This document shows, one piece after another, positions 1 through 17,776 of a stretch of DNA of 64,000 nucleotides. The translations under genes and the position numbers were made by a program. Each line of letters begins with the position of its first letter. Position 1 is the first letter of the stretch. The notes under the pieces are model-generated. The model did not search any database. It saw only the letters and a list, made by a program, of their open reading frames with translations, and was not told where the DNA came from. The stretch is from Guillardia theta CCMP2712 (Eukaryota; Protista; Cryptophyta), in NCBI RefSeq assembly GCF_000315625.1, contig NW_005434666.1, positions 259,781 through 323,780 of the forward strand, given 5' to 3'.

Positions 1-627
1 CTCATGGTAGTTTTGCTTGTCCAAACGGGAGGAGGATTTCACTGTCGACTGTTCTCTGTTTGATATCCGACATTTCAAGTCACGCATGATGCATTGAGGG
101 AACAGAGGACCAGTGTTGTCTAAGATCTTGTGCTCAAAAGCATAAGGGTTGAGTCCACAAATAAACATGGTTTGTGAACTGAAAAATTGGCTTTATTGGT
201 ACAGGGAGTTTGGTGGGAAAGGGCACAGCAGGAGAAGGGGAAGGGACAAGTGGTGATCAGAAAGCTCGTACAGCAAAGGGGAAGCAGACGATTTCGGTGA
301 AGGAACAGGGAAGGAGAGCTGCGACGGGAAGCGTGGTCGCAGAGGAGGACAAGTAGAGGGTTCAGCCTGTAATAGAACTTTGAGGTGTAACCAGTGAGTA
401 GCCTCGGAGGTTCAGTATCTTGAAGGGGTGGTTGGCCGGACCAGAGTCAGTTTGTGGATGTTTATCACTTAGACTAGGCTCTGTGTATAAATCACGCAAC
501 TCAACGGAGCTCGTTTGAAGATCGCTTCTTCCAAGTTGGAGCTTGCTCGAGCCTCGCGGCCTTGAGCGAGACATTCCGTGGGGACAAGTTGTGTCAATCC
601 GATGATCGGGTGTCGGTGATCCCAACA
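1..627 (-). mobile_element. 5' end of probable Ty1/Copia LTR retrotransposon (LTR ~395-627, PBS-like TGG, start of gag running off the window)
   Basis: Minus strand reads TGTTGGGATCACCG...TACTCA (TG...CA, ~233 bp), then C-TGGTTAC. The window edge encodes ...SRLDKQNYHE, resembling the Copia gag N-terminal L-x-x-x-NY-x-x-W motif. Confidence 0.55.
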
Positions 628-1098
628 GCTGCTACCATGGTACTACCGCACGCATCGGAACCCAAGTTTCCATCATCTAGATATCTGTCACGACTATCCC
701 TAGAATCTTGTATCAAGAGTCAGGAAGGACTTTGTTATGTGGCAAGCATTGATCGCCGGACAAGGATTTGAAGTTGCCAGACCCCTCTTGAGGAGATCAA
801 ACACAACTCACGATGATGATCGAAAGTGGCATCCTCCCCTGCGCCATGGAACGGAGATACAACCTTTGCATGGACCGCATACAACGTCAAGGAAGTACCC
901 TTATCCTCAAACTCAACCTCCTCAGCCTCCGGGAATCAGCTTCCTGGGCATCCGACCGTGTCGGACGAGCCGCGAAGAACCGGTGAAATCAGTACCCTCC
1001 CGCACTCGGCAAGGTCCAATGGAGGCAGCCTTCTCGTCCCAAACACAAACAAGTCACACCGTGACACCACGATCACATACATATGATTTACGGGACTA

Positions 1099-1137
1099 GT
1101 GTCAATCGGGCCCGGGGTATCCGACGGTGATCCCAAC
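1099..1137 (-). repeat. Diverged second copy of the LTR 5' terminus
   Basis: gtgtcaatc...cggtgatcccaac matches 591-626. Confidence 0.55.
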
Positions 1138-1166
1138 GGCTCTGCTAGCCGCAGTGTGCTAGCCGC

Positions 1167-1219
1167 CTCTCCAGTGATTGCGACCTCGTACTAATTTTAA
1201 CTTAACTTTGAGTAAAGAG
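1167..1219. repeat. Dispersed repeat terminus, copy 1
   Basis: ctctcc..tgattg..cctcgYactRatYtttaacttaactttgagtaaagag. The 24-bp core is identical to 27516-27539. Confidence 0.8.
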
Positions 1220-1379
1220 CTCCAACCCGGCCCGGCGGGCCCGTCTACCGTAGTACCGCCTCCCGGCCGCGGGTGCCTTTTCGAAGGTCACTGAACTGTA
1301 GACTCATCAGAGCTGTCAAGGGGGTGAAAACCGGCTCATATAACAATTTAAAATAAAATGTATTTAAACTTATTCTTAC

Positions 1380-1880
1380 CACCAACCGTGACAAAAATGG
1401 TTTGAACACCCTACCCCTGGAACAATTCAACATCCCGATGTTCCTCACCCTACCCCCTACTTTCAGTCGCTGATGTGACCGCGGGTCACTGCCTTTATGC
1501 ATCAAGATCCTGAATCTACCACCCCCTCCTCCAACTTCGAAAAATATCCCCAGTTAAGGACCCCCACCTTCCATTTTGAAAGATTTCATGTCACCCCTAC
1601 CCCTAAAATAATGGAAAAGTACCCTACATTTTTCCCTTTCATTATTTCTGTCTGTACCCTCATCAAAGTCATAGTTTTTTTTCAACAACCCACCCCATCA
1701 ACGCCTGATTCGACATTGAAAACTACCCCACCAAGGTGGCGGTTCCGTTTTGAAAAAGAGTCCTTTGAATGTAGATTTCCTTTCTATGACAGATGTATGT
1801 TTTAAATAAGTTTTAAATAAAACAAGTATTTTGAAATTCAGAACAATCCTAGTTTGGTATCTTTCTGTCGGTATCCCCCA
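1380..1880. promoter_or_regulatory. TACCC/ACCCC-rich upstream region
   Basis: Dense TACCC/CACCCC words in an AT-richer tract upstream of a gene start. The pattern recurs at other 5' ends. Confidence 0.4.
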
Positions 1881-2460
1881 CAACAAGATCGCACATTTAA
1901 AAGAATATGATTTGAAAATAATACTTATCGCAAAAGTACTTTTTTTAAGTATCTGGAGGTTTCAGAGGATCCGTCGCCGTATGGCAGTGCGCGATACAGG
2001 AGGTGGAGGGCACGTGGCAAGAGGAGAGAAGAGAGGAGGAGAGAGGTGAAGAGAAGAAAAGTAGAGGAGAAATCTTGGGAAAGGCAGGAAAATGACGAAT
2101 GAGTGTTACAAGTGTAGACTGAGACCCAAGGGTGGTATTGAGAGACAGGAGAGATTTTGATCGAGGAGGATCCGGATTAGTCGAGGGTTAGTCGTCAAGA
2201 TGGCCAGCAGGTTTGTTATGGTTTCTATCCCTGCGTACGTGCTGTATGCAAGTAGGTACTGCACAAATTGCATGAGGAAACACTAACAAGAAAGGCAAGT
2301 ATGTCAAAACGATGATCTAACAAGATCGTTGATGATTACAGCTGCGACTTTTGAACGACGCAGATATCACGCTTGTACAGGAGTGAAACTAACCTTTCCT
2401 TGCAAACCTATTTCAACATTGTCCCACCATAAGATATTGAAACGGACTTTCAGGTCTCAA

Positions 2461-3700
2461 ATGGCGAAGAAGAAAAGTAAGGCGCAGCAGCAAACTGGAT
2501 CGCCAGCAATCTTCGATCGCAGACATTCGATCAGTGCAGCCGGTGAAGATGAGAGCCTTTCTGGTTCGATGCCATGACAGACCATGCAGGAGTACCCTCT
2601 CCTAAATCCCTCCCAGGCACCTTTGGGACAGGGGCGAGGGTGGGCGGGAAGAACGCGACGGACAGGCAGTCTGGCAAAGATTTGTCAAATCACAACAAGT
2701 AACGCTGAGTGGGAAGGAGGAGAGGGTTGACATGCTTGCTTCAGGTACTGCCACTTCTGTCAACATGTCAAGGTTCGATCAAGCAGCATGCTTGCCTGCG
2801 GGAACTACGAGTGTAGCCGCAGATACTGCGAGCAATGCCTGTTGATCCACCTCAACGAGAACGCAACCGAGCAGCCGAGCGAGGGTTGGTCGATCGTTGC
2901 TGGCAAGGTGAGTGAGAGCTTGTTTGTCAAAAGAGTTGAGATTGTTTGTGATGATGGTGGACCTTCTCGAGTGTTGTTGGTCTGCAGTACTGACTTGATG
3001 GCAGTTGCGTTGGTTCTGCCCGATCTGCCGGAACAAGTGCTGCTGCGCCAAGTCAGAATGCTTCTCCAATCATCGCCATTGCAAGGCTTTCCGCTACCGC
3101 CTCTGCCGCGCACAGAAGGCGCAGAAGCGCCTGTCCTCTCAGGGCGGCCCCTCGCGCAAAGCAAGGGCTGCCGACGGGAAACACAAGATGCCCTTTGCTG
3201 TGAGCGTGGAGAGGTTGGGGACGGCGTCGAGCACTGAGAGGGAGGAAGAAGTGCGAGAAGAATTGTGTGCAGCGAATCCGTTCTTTGGACAGGAGCACGA
3301 GGAACCGTTGGACGAGGCCCTGGACTTCACCAGCAGCCTGTGCGGGGATGGGATGGCGAGGCCGAGCGATACCCTGGATGAGGGAAGTGAACTTAGGTTG
3401 TGGCAGGCGGGAGAAATGAAGGAGGAGACTTGTCAATCAGACATCCTTAGCCTGGAGCATGTGCTGCCAGGGGCGCTGGAGGGAACCGAGGCTGACGAGG
3501 ACTTCGAGGAGGCAAGGTGGCTCAAGAGCACGTTGGAGGGGCTGGGAAGCTCGCCGTCCTGTTTCTTGGAGGATGAGGGACTGAAGGAGGAGGCGGTGGA
3601 GGAGCCGGGGATGAAGGAGCTGGGAAGTAGCTTCCTCGAGAGGTTCCAGAGCGAGCTGAAGCCTCGCAGAGGGTGTACGGTGATCTACGATTATGTGTGA
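2461..3700 (+). CDS. zf-4CXXC_R1 (CDCA7/JPO-type) zinc-finger protein, multi-exon; start uncertain (may begin ~2200)
   Basis: Spliced: YCHFCQHVK...LACGNYECSRRYCEQCL...|LRWFCPICRNKCCCAKSEC..HRHCK, then an acidic C-terminus. Confidence 0.75.
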
Positions 3701-3941
3701 AGGAGGATACGGGGTGAGTTCGTCTGTTTGTAGATTAGCAATCAGTTTCTTCCTATACACTATGTACATCTCTAATAGTACTGTACTTTCTCCCTCCCCC
3801 TTCCCCTCCTCTCTCTCCCTCCTATATACATCCCCCCTCTCAGCCTTGTTATCTTACATTCCTCCTCCCGGCCATGATAGCCTGAGATCCGCATACCTTC
3901 TTTGCTACCACAGCTCAGTACTCTTGGACGCTCGAGCCCCT

Positions 3942-10640
<6,699 letters not shown>

Positions 10641-10659
10641 GTCGGAGAGCCTGATGAGG

Positions 10660-10880
10660 GCGACCTTAGCGTTCAACTGGGCTGGGGTGATAAAAGTTAG
10701 AAATAGGGGGTGGGGTCATAAATTTGTGGGGTCATGAATTGGGTCATGGGTGATATTCTCTAGCAACACAGTATCAAAGTACCCTACATTTGAAAACATC
10801 TAGGGTCATCAGTTTTCGGGGTGGGTGATGGGAAGGGGGTTGTGATGTATTTCGGAACGGGGATGGTAGGTGGTACTGCC
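10660..10880. promoter_or_regulatory. Divergent promoter, GGGT (ACCC on minus)-rich
   Basis: Lies between the 5' ends of the WD40 and methyltransferase genes; repeated GGGGT/GGGTCAT. Confidence 0.45.
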
Positions 10881-10906
10881 ATGGGCGGCATGGTGAAGAT
10901 GACGGT

Positions 10907-12125
10907 ATGAGGAAGGCTGGAAGAGAGTCACGCATGCAGAGTCGCGCGGCCATGCAGGGTCTGACGATGGGAGGCTCTTTCATGGCAGGGTTCGTCTTCT
11001 GCTACCTGCTCGTGGCTCTGCTGTCTCCCGGGGAGAGGCTGATGAAGAGGGAAGAACGAAGAACCTACCATTCCTCCGTGGAGCCAGAGATTCGGTTCTG
11101 CAATTCGTCCTTGCTGACTTCCTCCTTCAACAAGGAAGAGATACAGGCATCCTTTGAGAAGAGCTGGCGGCATACACTCGGACTTCACTCGAAGCTGTCG
11201 AGGATGCTCGACAAGGAAGTTTTCACGCTGCAATCCCCGTGGGCACACTTCAACCTGCTGCCTCCTGTTGGCCCGAAATGCAGAGCAGGCATGATGACGA
11301 TGGGATCAGCAGGAGGGCAGGACAACGAGAAGCGATTCTGTGGCCCTCGTGCGCTGAAACGCCGTGACTGTGTTGTGATCAGCGTGGGGAGCCATGGCGA
11401 ATGGGGATTCGAGATCGGGGTGTTCGAGTCGACTAATTGTGTTGTACACACCTTCGACTGCAACGGGAACTACTCTGTTCCCCCCAATCTCCAATCGAGG
11501 GTGTTCTTTCACAAGATCTGCCTTGGCCCTGTCGACGATGGGGACTACAGGTCATGGCCTTCCATCCTGAAGATGCTCGGTTACTCCAGGCCCCCCACGT
11601 TCCTCAAGATGGACATCGAGGGCTGGGAATACTCGGTCCTTACCTCGATCATCAACACGGGCTACATGCTCCCTCACCAGATCGCCGTCGAGCTGCACTG
11701 GTACACAGGAGGAGTTGGGGGGGTGTACTGGAGGGGGCCCTTGCCCACCATGATGGAGAACGCGCATCGGTTCTACATGACCAAGGACTACGTGGCTGCT
11801 GGGTACATGCCGGCAGACAAAGACCCTCCAACGTACTCCTACAAGACGCCAGGAGAGATCGCCCTCTTCGGAGCGTTCCTCTTCCTCAAGGGGGGGTACA
11901 TGATCGGTGAGTGACAGCCGTGCTACTCTCGCAGCCTCAGGCTCGCAGTCTGCTGACTTGCTGCTGCTCAGTGGACCGCAAGGACAACCCAGACTGCAAG
12001 CACTGGTGAGGATATGAGTCGTGTGCTGAGTGCATGCCCTGATGCCTTGACTGTGCAGTACCGAGCTCCTCCTGGCGCGTTTGATCTGCTCTCCGCGGTC
12101 TTTCCACGGCGAGTTCACCCTGTGA
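10907..12125 (+). CDS. Type II membrane SAM methyltransferase, Methyltransf_22/METTL24 (FkbM-like) family
   Basis: N-terminal TM; CVVISVGSHGEWGFE, VHTFDC, FLKMDIEGWEY, PHQIAVELH; spliced end DRKDNPDCKHC|TELLLARL...FTL*. Confidence 0.85.
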
Positions 12126-12491
12126 TCGGTTTCGAGCCCCTGCAGCATCTTCACTTGTCTTTTACTGAATCTCCTTGGTGGCATGTTCATAGCATACCCC
12201 AGCTGCCACTCGGCTAAAGTTCACCGTTGGCGCCGAGGCTCTGGGGCCGGGAGAGTCTTTGAGGGTAACGATTCGACTGAGTTGCCGCCGGGTGCCGCAT
12301 CTTCACTGTGGCCGGGCCGAGGCCGGCAGTGCAGGACTGCCAGCCAACGGACTCGAACTCAAGGCTGCAATCATTGAAGCCTGGGGGCTGATGACAGTAA
12401 TTATCTTCAGTTAATATGCTCGCCTTTAGTCTTTCACTGCAACCCGCGGATACTCATCGAAGATGTGCCGCCTCCTCTCCCTTCTGTTCCG

Positions 12492-14035
12492 TTACCTGAC
12501 TCCTTCCTGCTCCCGCCCTCTCCTTCCATCGTTCATTGTTGCTACCGCTGAGAGCAGGTCACTGTGAGGTCCAGCAACCTTCAGGCCCCCGGGCATCTTC
12601 TCCAGCAGGATCTTCTCTGCATGCTCTACAAACGGCTGGTACATTCGCTCCAACTCCCTCCCAAGCTCCTCCAGACGCTCCATCCCCTGCTTCGACTTCT
12701 GCATCCCCAAGATTGTCTCCCCCTGCCCCCTCGCAGCGTCAGCCTACAGCAGGCCGCCAGCTCGTCATGCTCACCGCGAACACGTCGGACTCGAAATCGT
12801 TCATCCACGTGTCGTAGTCCCTTCCACCACTGATGTGATGGTTGAAAGTCGAGAATGGATCATGCGGATTCTCCAGCAATGACTCGTAACTTTTCTTGTC
12901 AAGCTGCAGCAGCACAGTCAGCTCCTCCATATTCCTTCTCCATCCTCCCCCTTCATCCTCTTCTTCCTCCGCCTTCCCCACGCCACCACCACCTCCTCCT
13001 CGAGTCCTTCCTCTCAGTCTCCTCTCTTCTTCTTTCAGCTACTCTTACTTCCCGCCATGCTGCTGCTGCTGCTGCTCTTGAGACTGCCTTCCCCAAATTC
13101 ATTGTTCTCTCCTCCTCCCATCCTCCCCACTTTCTCTTCTCTCTACTCTCTTCCCTACCGGAAACATGAAAGTCTTCATCGACCTCAACCGCCCGTGACA
13201 GTCGAACTCCGGCTGCTGTACATATCTTGCCATCACGCCACCTTTCTCTCCCTTGCTCCCAAGATCTCGGATACAGCCAACTAGACTCAGCGGACGTCCA
13301 GGTCTCGTCGCAAAGAACCAGGTCCCGAACATCACGTAGCAGAAGGAGTTAAACTCTGTGGTAACCAGTGACAGCTCCCTGCTCGCTAACCTCGCTAGAG
13401 CCTCTTCCGCATGCAGCCCTAGTATCCTGCATGTCGCGTCCGATACGTACAGATGCGCCCGCTGCCCAGTAGAAGGTCGCAGGTAGTGATTGACCATCCC
13501 AAAGTTCTCATTCCCGTACAAGGCCCTCTCCAGCTCCAGGTCGTACTCCGATACTGTCTCGTTCTCCATCAGCAGCCGCGCTGGGACAGCCCGAGCTTGC
13601 TTCTCCGAGACGAAGATGTTCATGAGATCCTTTGAGTTGTAGCCAAACTCCCTGCTCGCGCAGCACGGACGGCTTGTCGAAGGAGAGGTTGCGAATACAG
13701 AAGTCGAGCGGCCTTTCAACCTGCAGCTCCAGCATCGAAGCGAGTTCATCGGAGTGTGTTAGAGGGGCCTGGACAAGTTCTGTCCCACTCCCACTGTCCC
13801 ATCCTTGCTCTTGCTCTTGCTCTTGCTCTTGATCCTGTTCTTTGAATCGTGCCTTCTGTCTGGCGATAATCTGAACTTCGTACACACAGTACTCTTGCTT
13901 TTGTTTCTGCTTACAACGCGAGCATGGGCGACCTTCGTCGCATTTGACCTTCGATTGCTTGCAAAGGACACACGAGTTTGATCCCCTCTTCCTACACTCC
14001 TTCTCTTCTCTTTCTCTGATACAGCTCCCTTCCAT
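12492..14035 (-). CDS. Zn2Cys6 (GAL4-like) transcription factor with PAS-like C-terminal region; frame break near 13660
   Basis: SCVLCKQSKVKCDEGRPCSRCKQKQKQEYC; HLYVSDATCRILG. GT-AG joins TFMFP|LDKKSYE and DVFA|GETILGMQK link the ORFs. Confidence 0.8.
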
Positions 14036-14630
14036 GCTCAGCCGAGTGCATCTGAGTAAAACCCTCAGAAATTTCAGGCTCACGCCCGCCCAAGACAGAG
14101 AGGCGAGATGATGCACGTGTAATGCGTCAGGCTCATCCTCTCCATCCCCTTCTATCCCTTTCTCCCTCAGACTCACCGCGCGCATGGCTGGAAGTTGTCG
14201 CACTTGAGCTCTGCATCCTTGCACGGCTGGCAGGCTAAGCGGGTTCTCTTCATCGACCTGGCAGTCAACATGGAGTTACTCGCTGCTGAAGCACGTTGAG
14301 GATGAGTATGTCAGAGATGGATGGAGCTGGCCGTGTATACTGCTTCTCCTGTTCTTCCCTCCTCTGCCCCCACCCCTGATTTTGCTCCTCACAATGCTGC
14401 TGATCCTGCTTGCTGCTGCTTCTGCTCCCTCCGCTCCTCGCTCCCTGCACCTCGCTCGCTCCGTCAGCTAGGTTTAGTTAGGACCTGTTGCTAAAATGAC
14501 CTTGCAAAAATCAAAAAAAATTCTCCGAATGAGTATCGTAACTTTTAGTCAAAACGGTTTCAAACCGTTTAAGATCAGTTATTAACGGCCTGAGGCGCAC
14601 TTGAAGCTGATGGAAATTTTCTTTTCCACC

Positions 14631-15778
14631 ATGAAGGCGCTGGCGGGAGCTTTGTTTCTTGCTGCCATGAGCAGCGGGGGTGCTGAGAGAGGGACTGGAG
14701 TAGGAAGAAGCTTCAGCCCTAGGGAGGTCTGTAAGAGCTCCTGCTTCGTTGGCTATCGTGGGATTCCCCGGATACGCAGTGAGAGGGGCCAAGTGAGAAC
14801 AGGAATGTGTAGTTCCACGGGTGGGTGGAGCACGAAACAAGCAAGCAGCCCAGAGAAGATCGGGATTGGAAAGCTTGTGAAGGACGCATATTCAAAGGAA
14901 TCCTCGAGTGATTTCTGGAATCTGCGCGACATCTCTTCTTCGTATCAAGACAGGAACAACTTCTTCATCAAATCGCAGGACTTGACGTATGGAGAGTTTG
15001 ACATTGAATTCTTCCTTCAATTACTTGATGCAGCGGAAATACGGTGCAAGCCTGCCGGTTGCATGATTGTTGTTTGACGGCAGTGTAGGGATGGCGAGAC
15101 CTTTTGCGACATTGGATCAGGAAGCGGCCGATTGGTGTTCGCGGCTGCCCTCAGGTTCCTAACTTCTCTCCATCGCGTGATTTGCGTGATATTATTCCCT
15201 TCTTTCATCGCTCCTCTATTCACAGCTACATCCACGTGAAGTGACTCGTTCCAGATACTCCAACGTGCTCAAGAGGTCCAAGGGCATCGAAATCATTCCG
15301 GAGTACATCGAGGTTGCCAAGAGGGTCAGCCTACACGTTCAAGAGATGAGGTTTGCACCCTCTGACCAGTGTTCTCTTTGCGTGCTGTGATGGCTTCTGT
15401 TCGAATAGCATTTCGAATGGAAAGGATCTATGCCCTGTCTTGTTCTTGGAAGGAGACGTGCACTCTGATACAGAGCTTCTCAACGACATTGATGTGTGCT
15501 TCTGCTACAGCACAGCATTTTCGACTTTCGGGGGACCATATCTTGCTCAGCTGTCCTACACGCTGGGTAAGCAACTGGACCTGCTTGTGCTAAAGTAACC
15601 ACGAGGTCATGCAGGTCACAGTTTGAAACCGGGTTCAAGGGTCATCACAGTCGACAAGATGTTGGTCAGCGATGGTCCATGGGAATTCCAACTACTGCAC
15701 AGCATAGACGGCAAGAACGAAGAAGTTGGGGGGAGCACGGGATACATCTGGAAGGTGGTAAAGAGCGCTGTGGTATAG
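14631..15778 (+). CDS. DOT1-like class I SAM-dependent methyltransferase with signal-peptide-like N-terminus
   Basis: LTYGEF, FCDIGSGSGRLVFAAAL, SKGIEII, FLEGDV, DVCFCYSTAF, LKPGSRVITVDK across introns. Confidence 0.75.
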
Positions 15779-15812
15779 GATTCCAGCATCTGCCATCTAC
15801 TCTCTCCGGCGG

Positions 15813-16550
15813 TTACTGAAGAGTGTTAAGAGTTTTCGTGTAACTCTCCTCAGAGCGGAAAGAGTTCCGAGTGCTGCGGCTATCGGCTGTTGATCGCACA
15901 TAGACTGGGACAATTCTGTGCAGCCATGTGCTGCTCTTGTAAAATATTTGACTTGTCAGAAGAATGAAATTTTTTTTATTGTCGCGGTTATCGTCGTCGT
16001 AAACATGAAGGAAAAGCCTGGTCGCTGTTAGAAGGCTGCACAATCGAACGAATGCACATCTACTTCCAGTCAAACTATGAAGCAAGAGTGACACTGCTCT
16101 TGCAACCTGAGCAGCTGAGCTCCATCTTCGTTTTGCGCTAAAGGGCTTTTGTAGATTTGCAGCAGCGTGGCATAGCACTATCTGGAAAGCAGCTGCTACA
16201 TACAGAGAACTAGCATCGATGGAATGCATGTCAGCATTTCAGAAGATGGAGCAGTGGTCTTGAGAAAGCGACATATTTAGAGTGTTGCATACACAAAACA
16301 GAGATTGAAAAATCTAGCAGCAGGACAAGACAAATGTTAACATCAAGAATCCGTCGGAGTATCTGTGAAACACACTACAGAGATCCTTTTGGAACTGTAC
16401 AGAGATCTGATCAAGTTCTGTACCACACAACCTCAAAGGCCGAGACACAGCACACAGAAAACCAGGAGCATGAAGAAACGCAAGAGGCAAGAAGCGACGT
16501 CAGTGCCCTAAAGGTGCTTGAGAGATGTTCGAGCGCAGCGACATGTCATT
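15813..16550 (-). CDS. Possible small hypothetical protein
   Basis: ORF fragments with intron-like spacing between a promoter-like tract and a convergent gene; no motif recognised. Confidence 0.2.
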
Positions 16551-16559
16551 TCATAGAGG

Positions 16560-17060
16560 AGGTACCCCCCTCCTCTAAGTTGCATCACCACCCCACCCAC
16601 CGGAAACCGGCGGACAAAAAAGATCAACAATATTGAAATTTATACTGCGTTTGTGGTAGTATCTAATGTACTGCAGTACGAACCTGTCCTCTTGAAGTAC
16701 ATTATTTATATACAATTTTACCAGAGTCGGTAGTGTTGATATTCTTTACTACTATTACTATTAATATAGTATTTCTTTAGTTAGTACCTCCCCACCCCTC
16801 TTCATACCCGTTTCCAGAATTTGTACTACCCTACCATACCCTTAAGATTATTTAGAATCTCTCCGAAGGAGTCCCAGCCAGGTCGTATATTTTAAAAAAG
16901 GTATTTTCAGAAGTACCCACCCGTACACCCAATCTATATCTTTGTAAACCACCCTACCCTTTAGAGAGTCCGACGAACATGATTTTAATATTGGTCCACC
17001 GCACACACGTCCGCTACCCCTATCCAGGAGCAGCCACTACCCTACCCCTAGCACCTCCCC
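16560..17060. promoter_or_regulatory. TACCC-rich AT-rich upstream region
   Basis: Repeated TACCC/TACC words. Confidence 0.4.
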
Positions 17061-17776
17061 TCGGCTGTCTACACCAGAGCTGGAGCGTTTCCTCCAGTGG
17101 TAGCAGCAACTCCTCCGCTCCTCCTCCTCTTTACACAGCTCCTCCTCTCCTGCTTGCTCTTTCGGTCTCATCTCTTTCACCTTGCAATGCATCTTTCTAT
17201 GATCTCCCTTCTCCGCCATGTCCGCCAACCCGTTGTGAAACTCACTGTTGCCCCAGTTTCATGCATGCTCAATGTCACTGTTCCTGCGACACTGCCTGAG
17301 ACCTTGCTTTCATTTTCCTTGAGATCGCACGAGTATGCTCATGGTAGCTCTGATATTGTGCTCATCCCCTCTCGCACAGACGTGCACATCCTCATTTCGC
17401 TGCCCCACTGTGGCTGCTCTCCCCATTCTTGCAACCGCAACCAACGTTTCTCCTAACAAATCGGGCTCATTCCGCAACCCCCCTCCCTGCCAAAGCCGCC
17501 ATATCGATTCATAGCTTCATCAATTTGTTTTGATGTTTCTGTCTACATTCTCCCTCTCTATGCTGCGAATTTCATCTCGACTTTGAAGTTGCCTGGTTCA
17601 TTTTGTGAACGCTTGCGGTTCGTTGCCTGTTGTGACTTGGGCCTTCCCAAACTCGTCTGAATTTGTTTTGAACTCAGGCGATTGCTTTCAACTCAGGCAA
17701 TTATACTCTTTGAATACAAGCAAGCGGGCGTGAGCCCAGATCTTTCTGTCCTTCTGGAGCCTTGCGATCAGGAGCG

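Noticed and set aside
12739-12981. Separate hypothetical gene
   Set aside because: Splices in frame as downstream exons of the Zn2Cys6 gene
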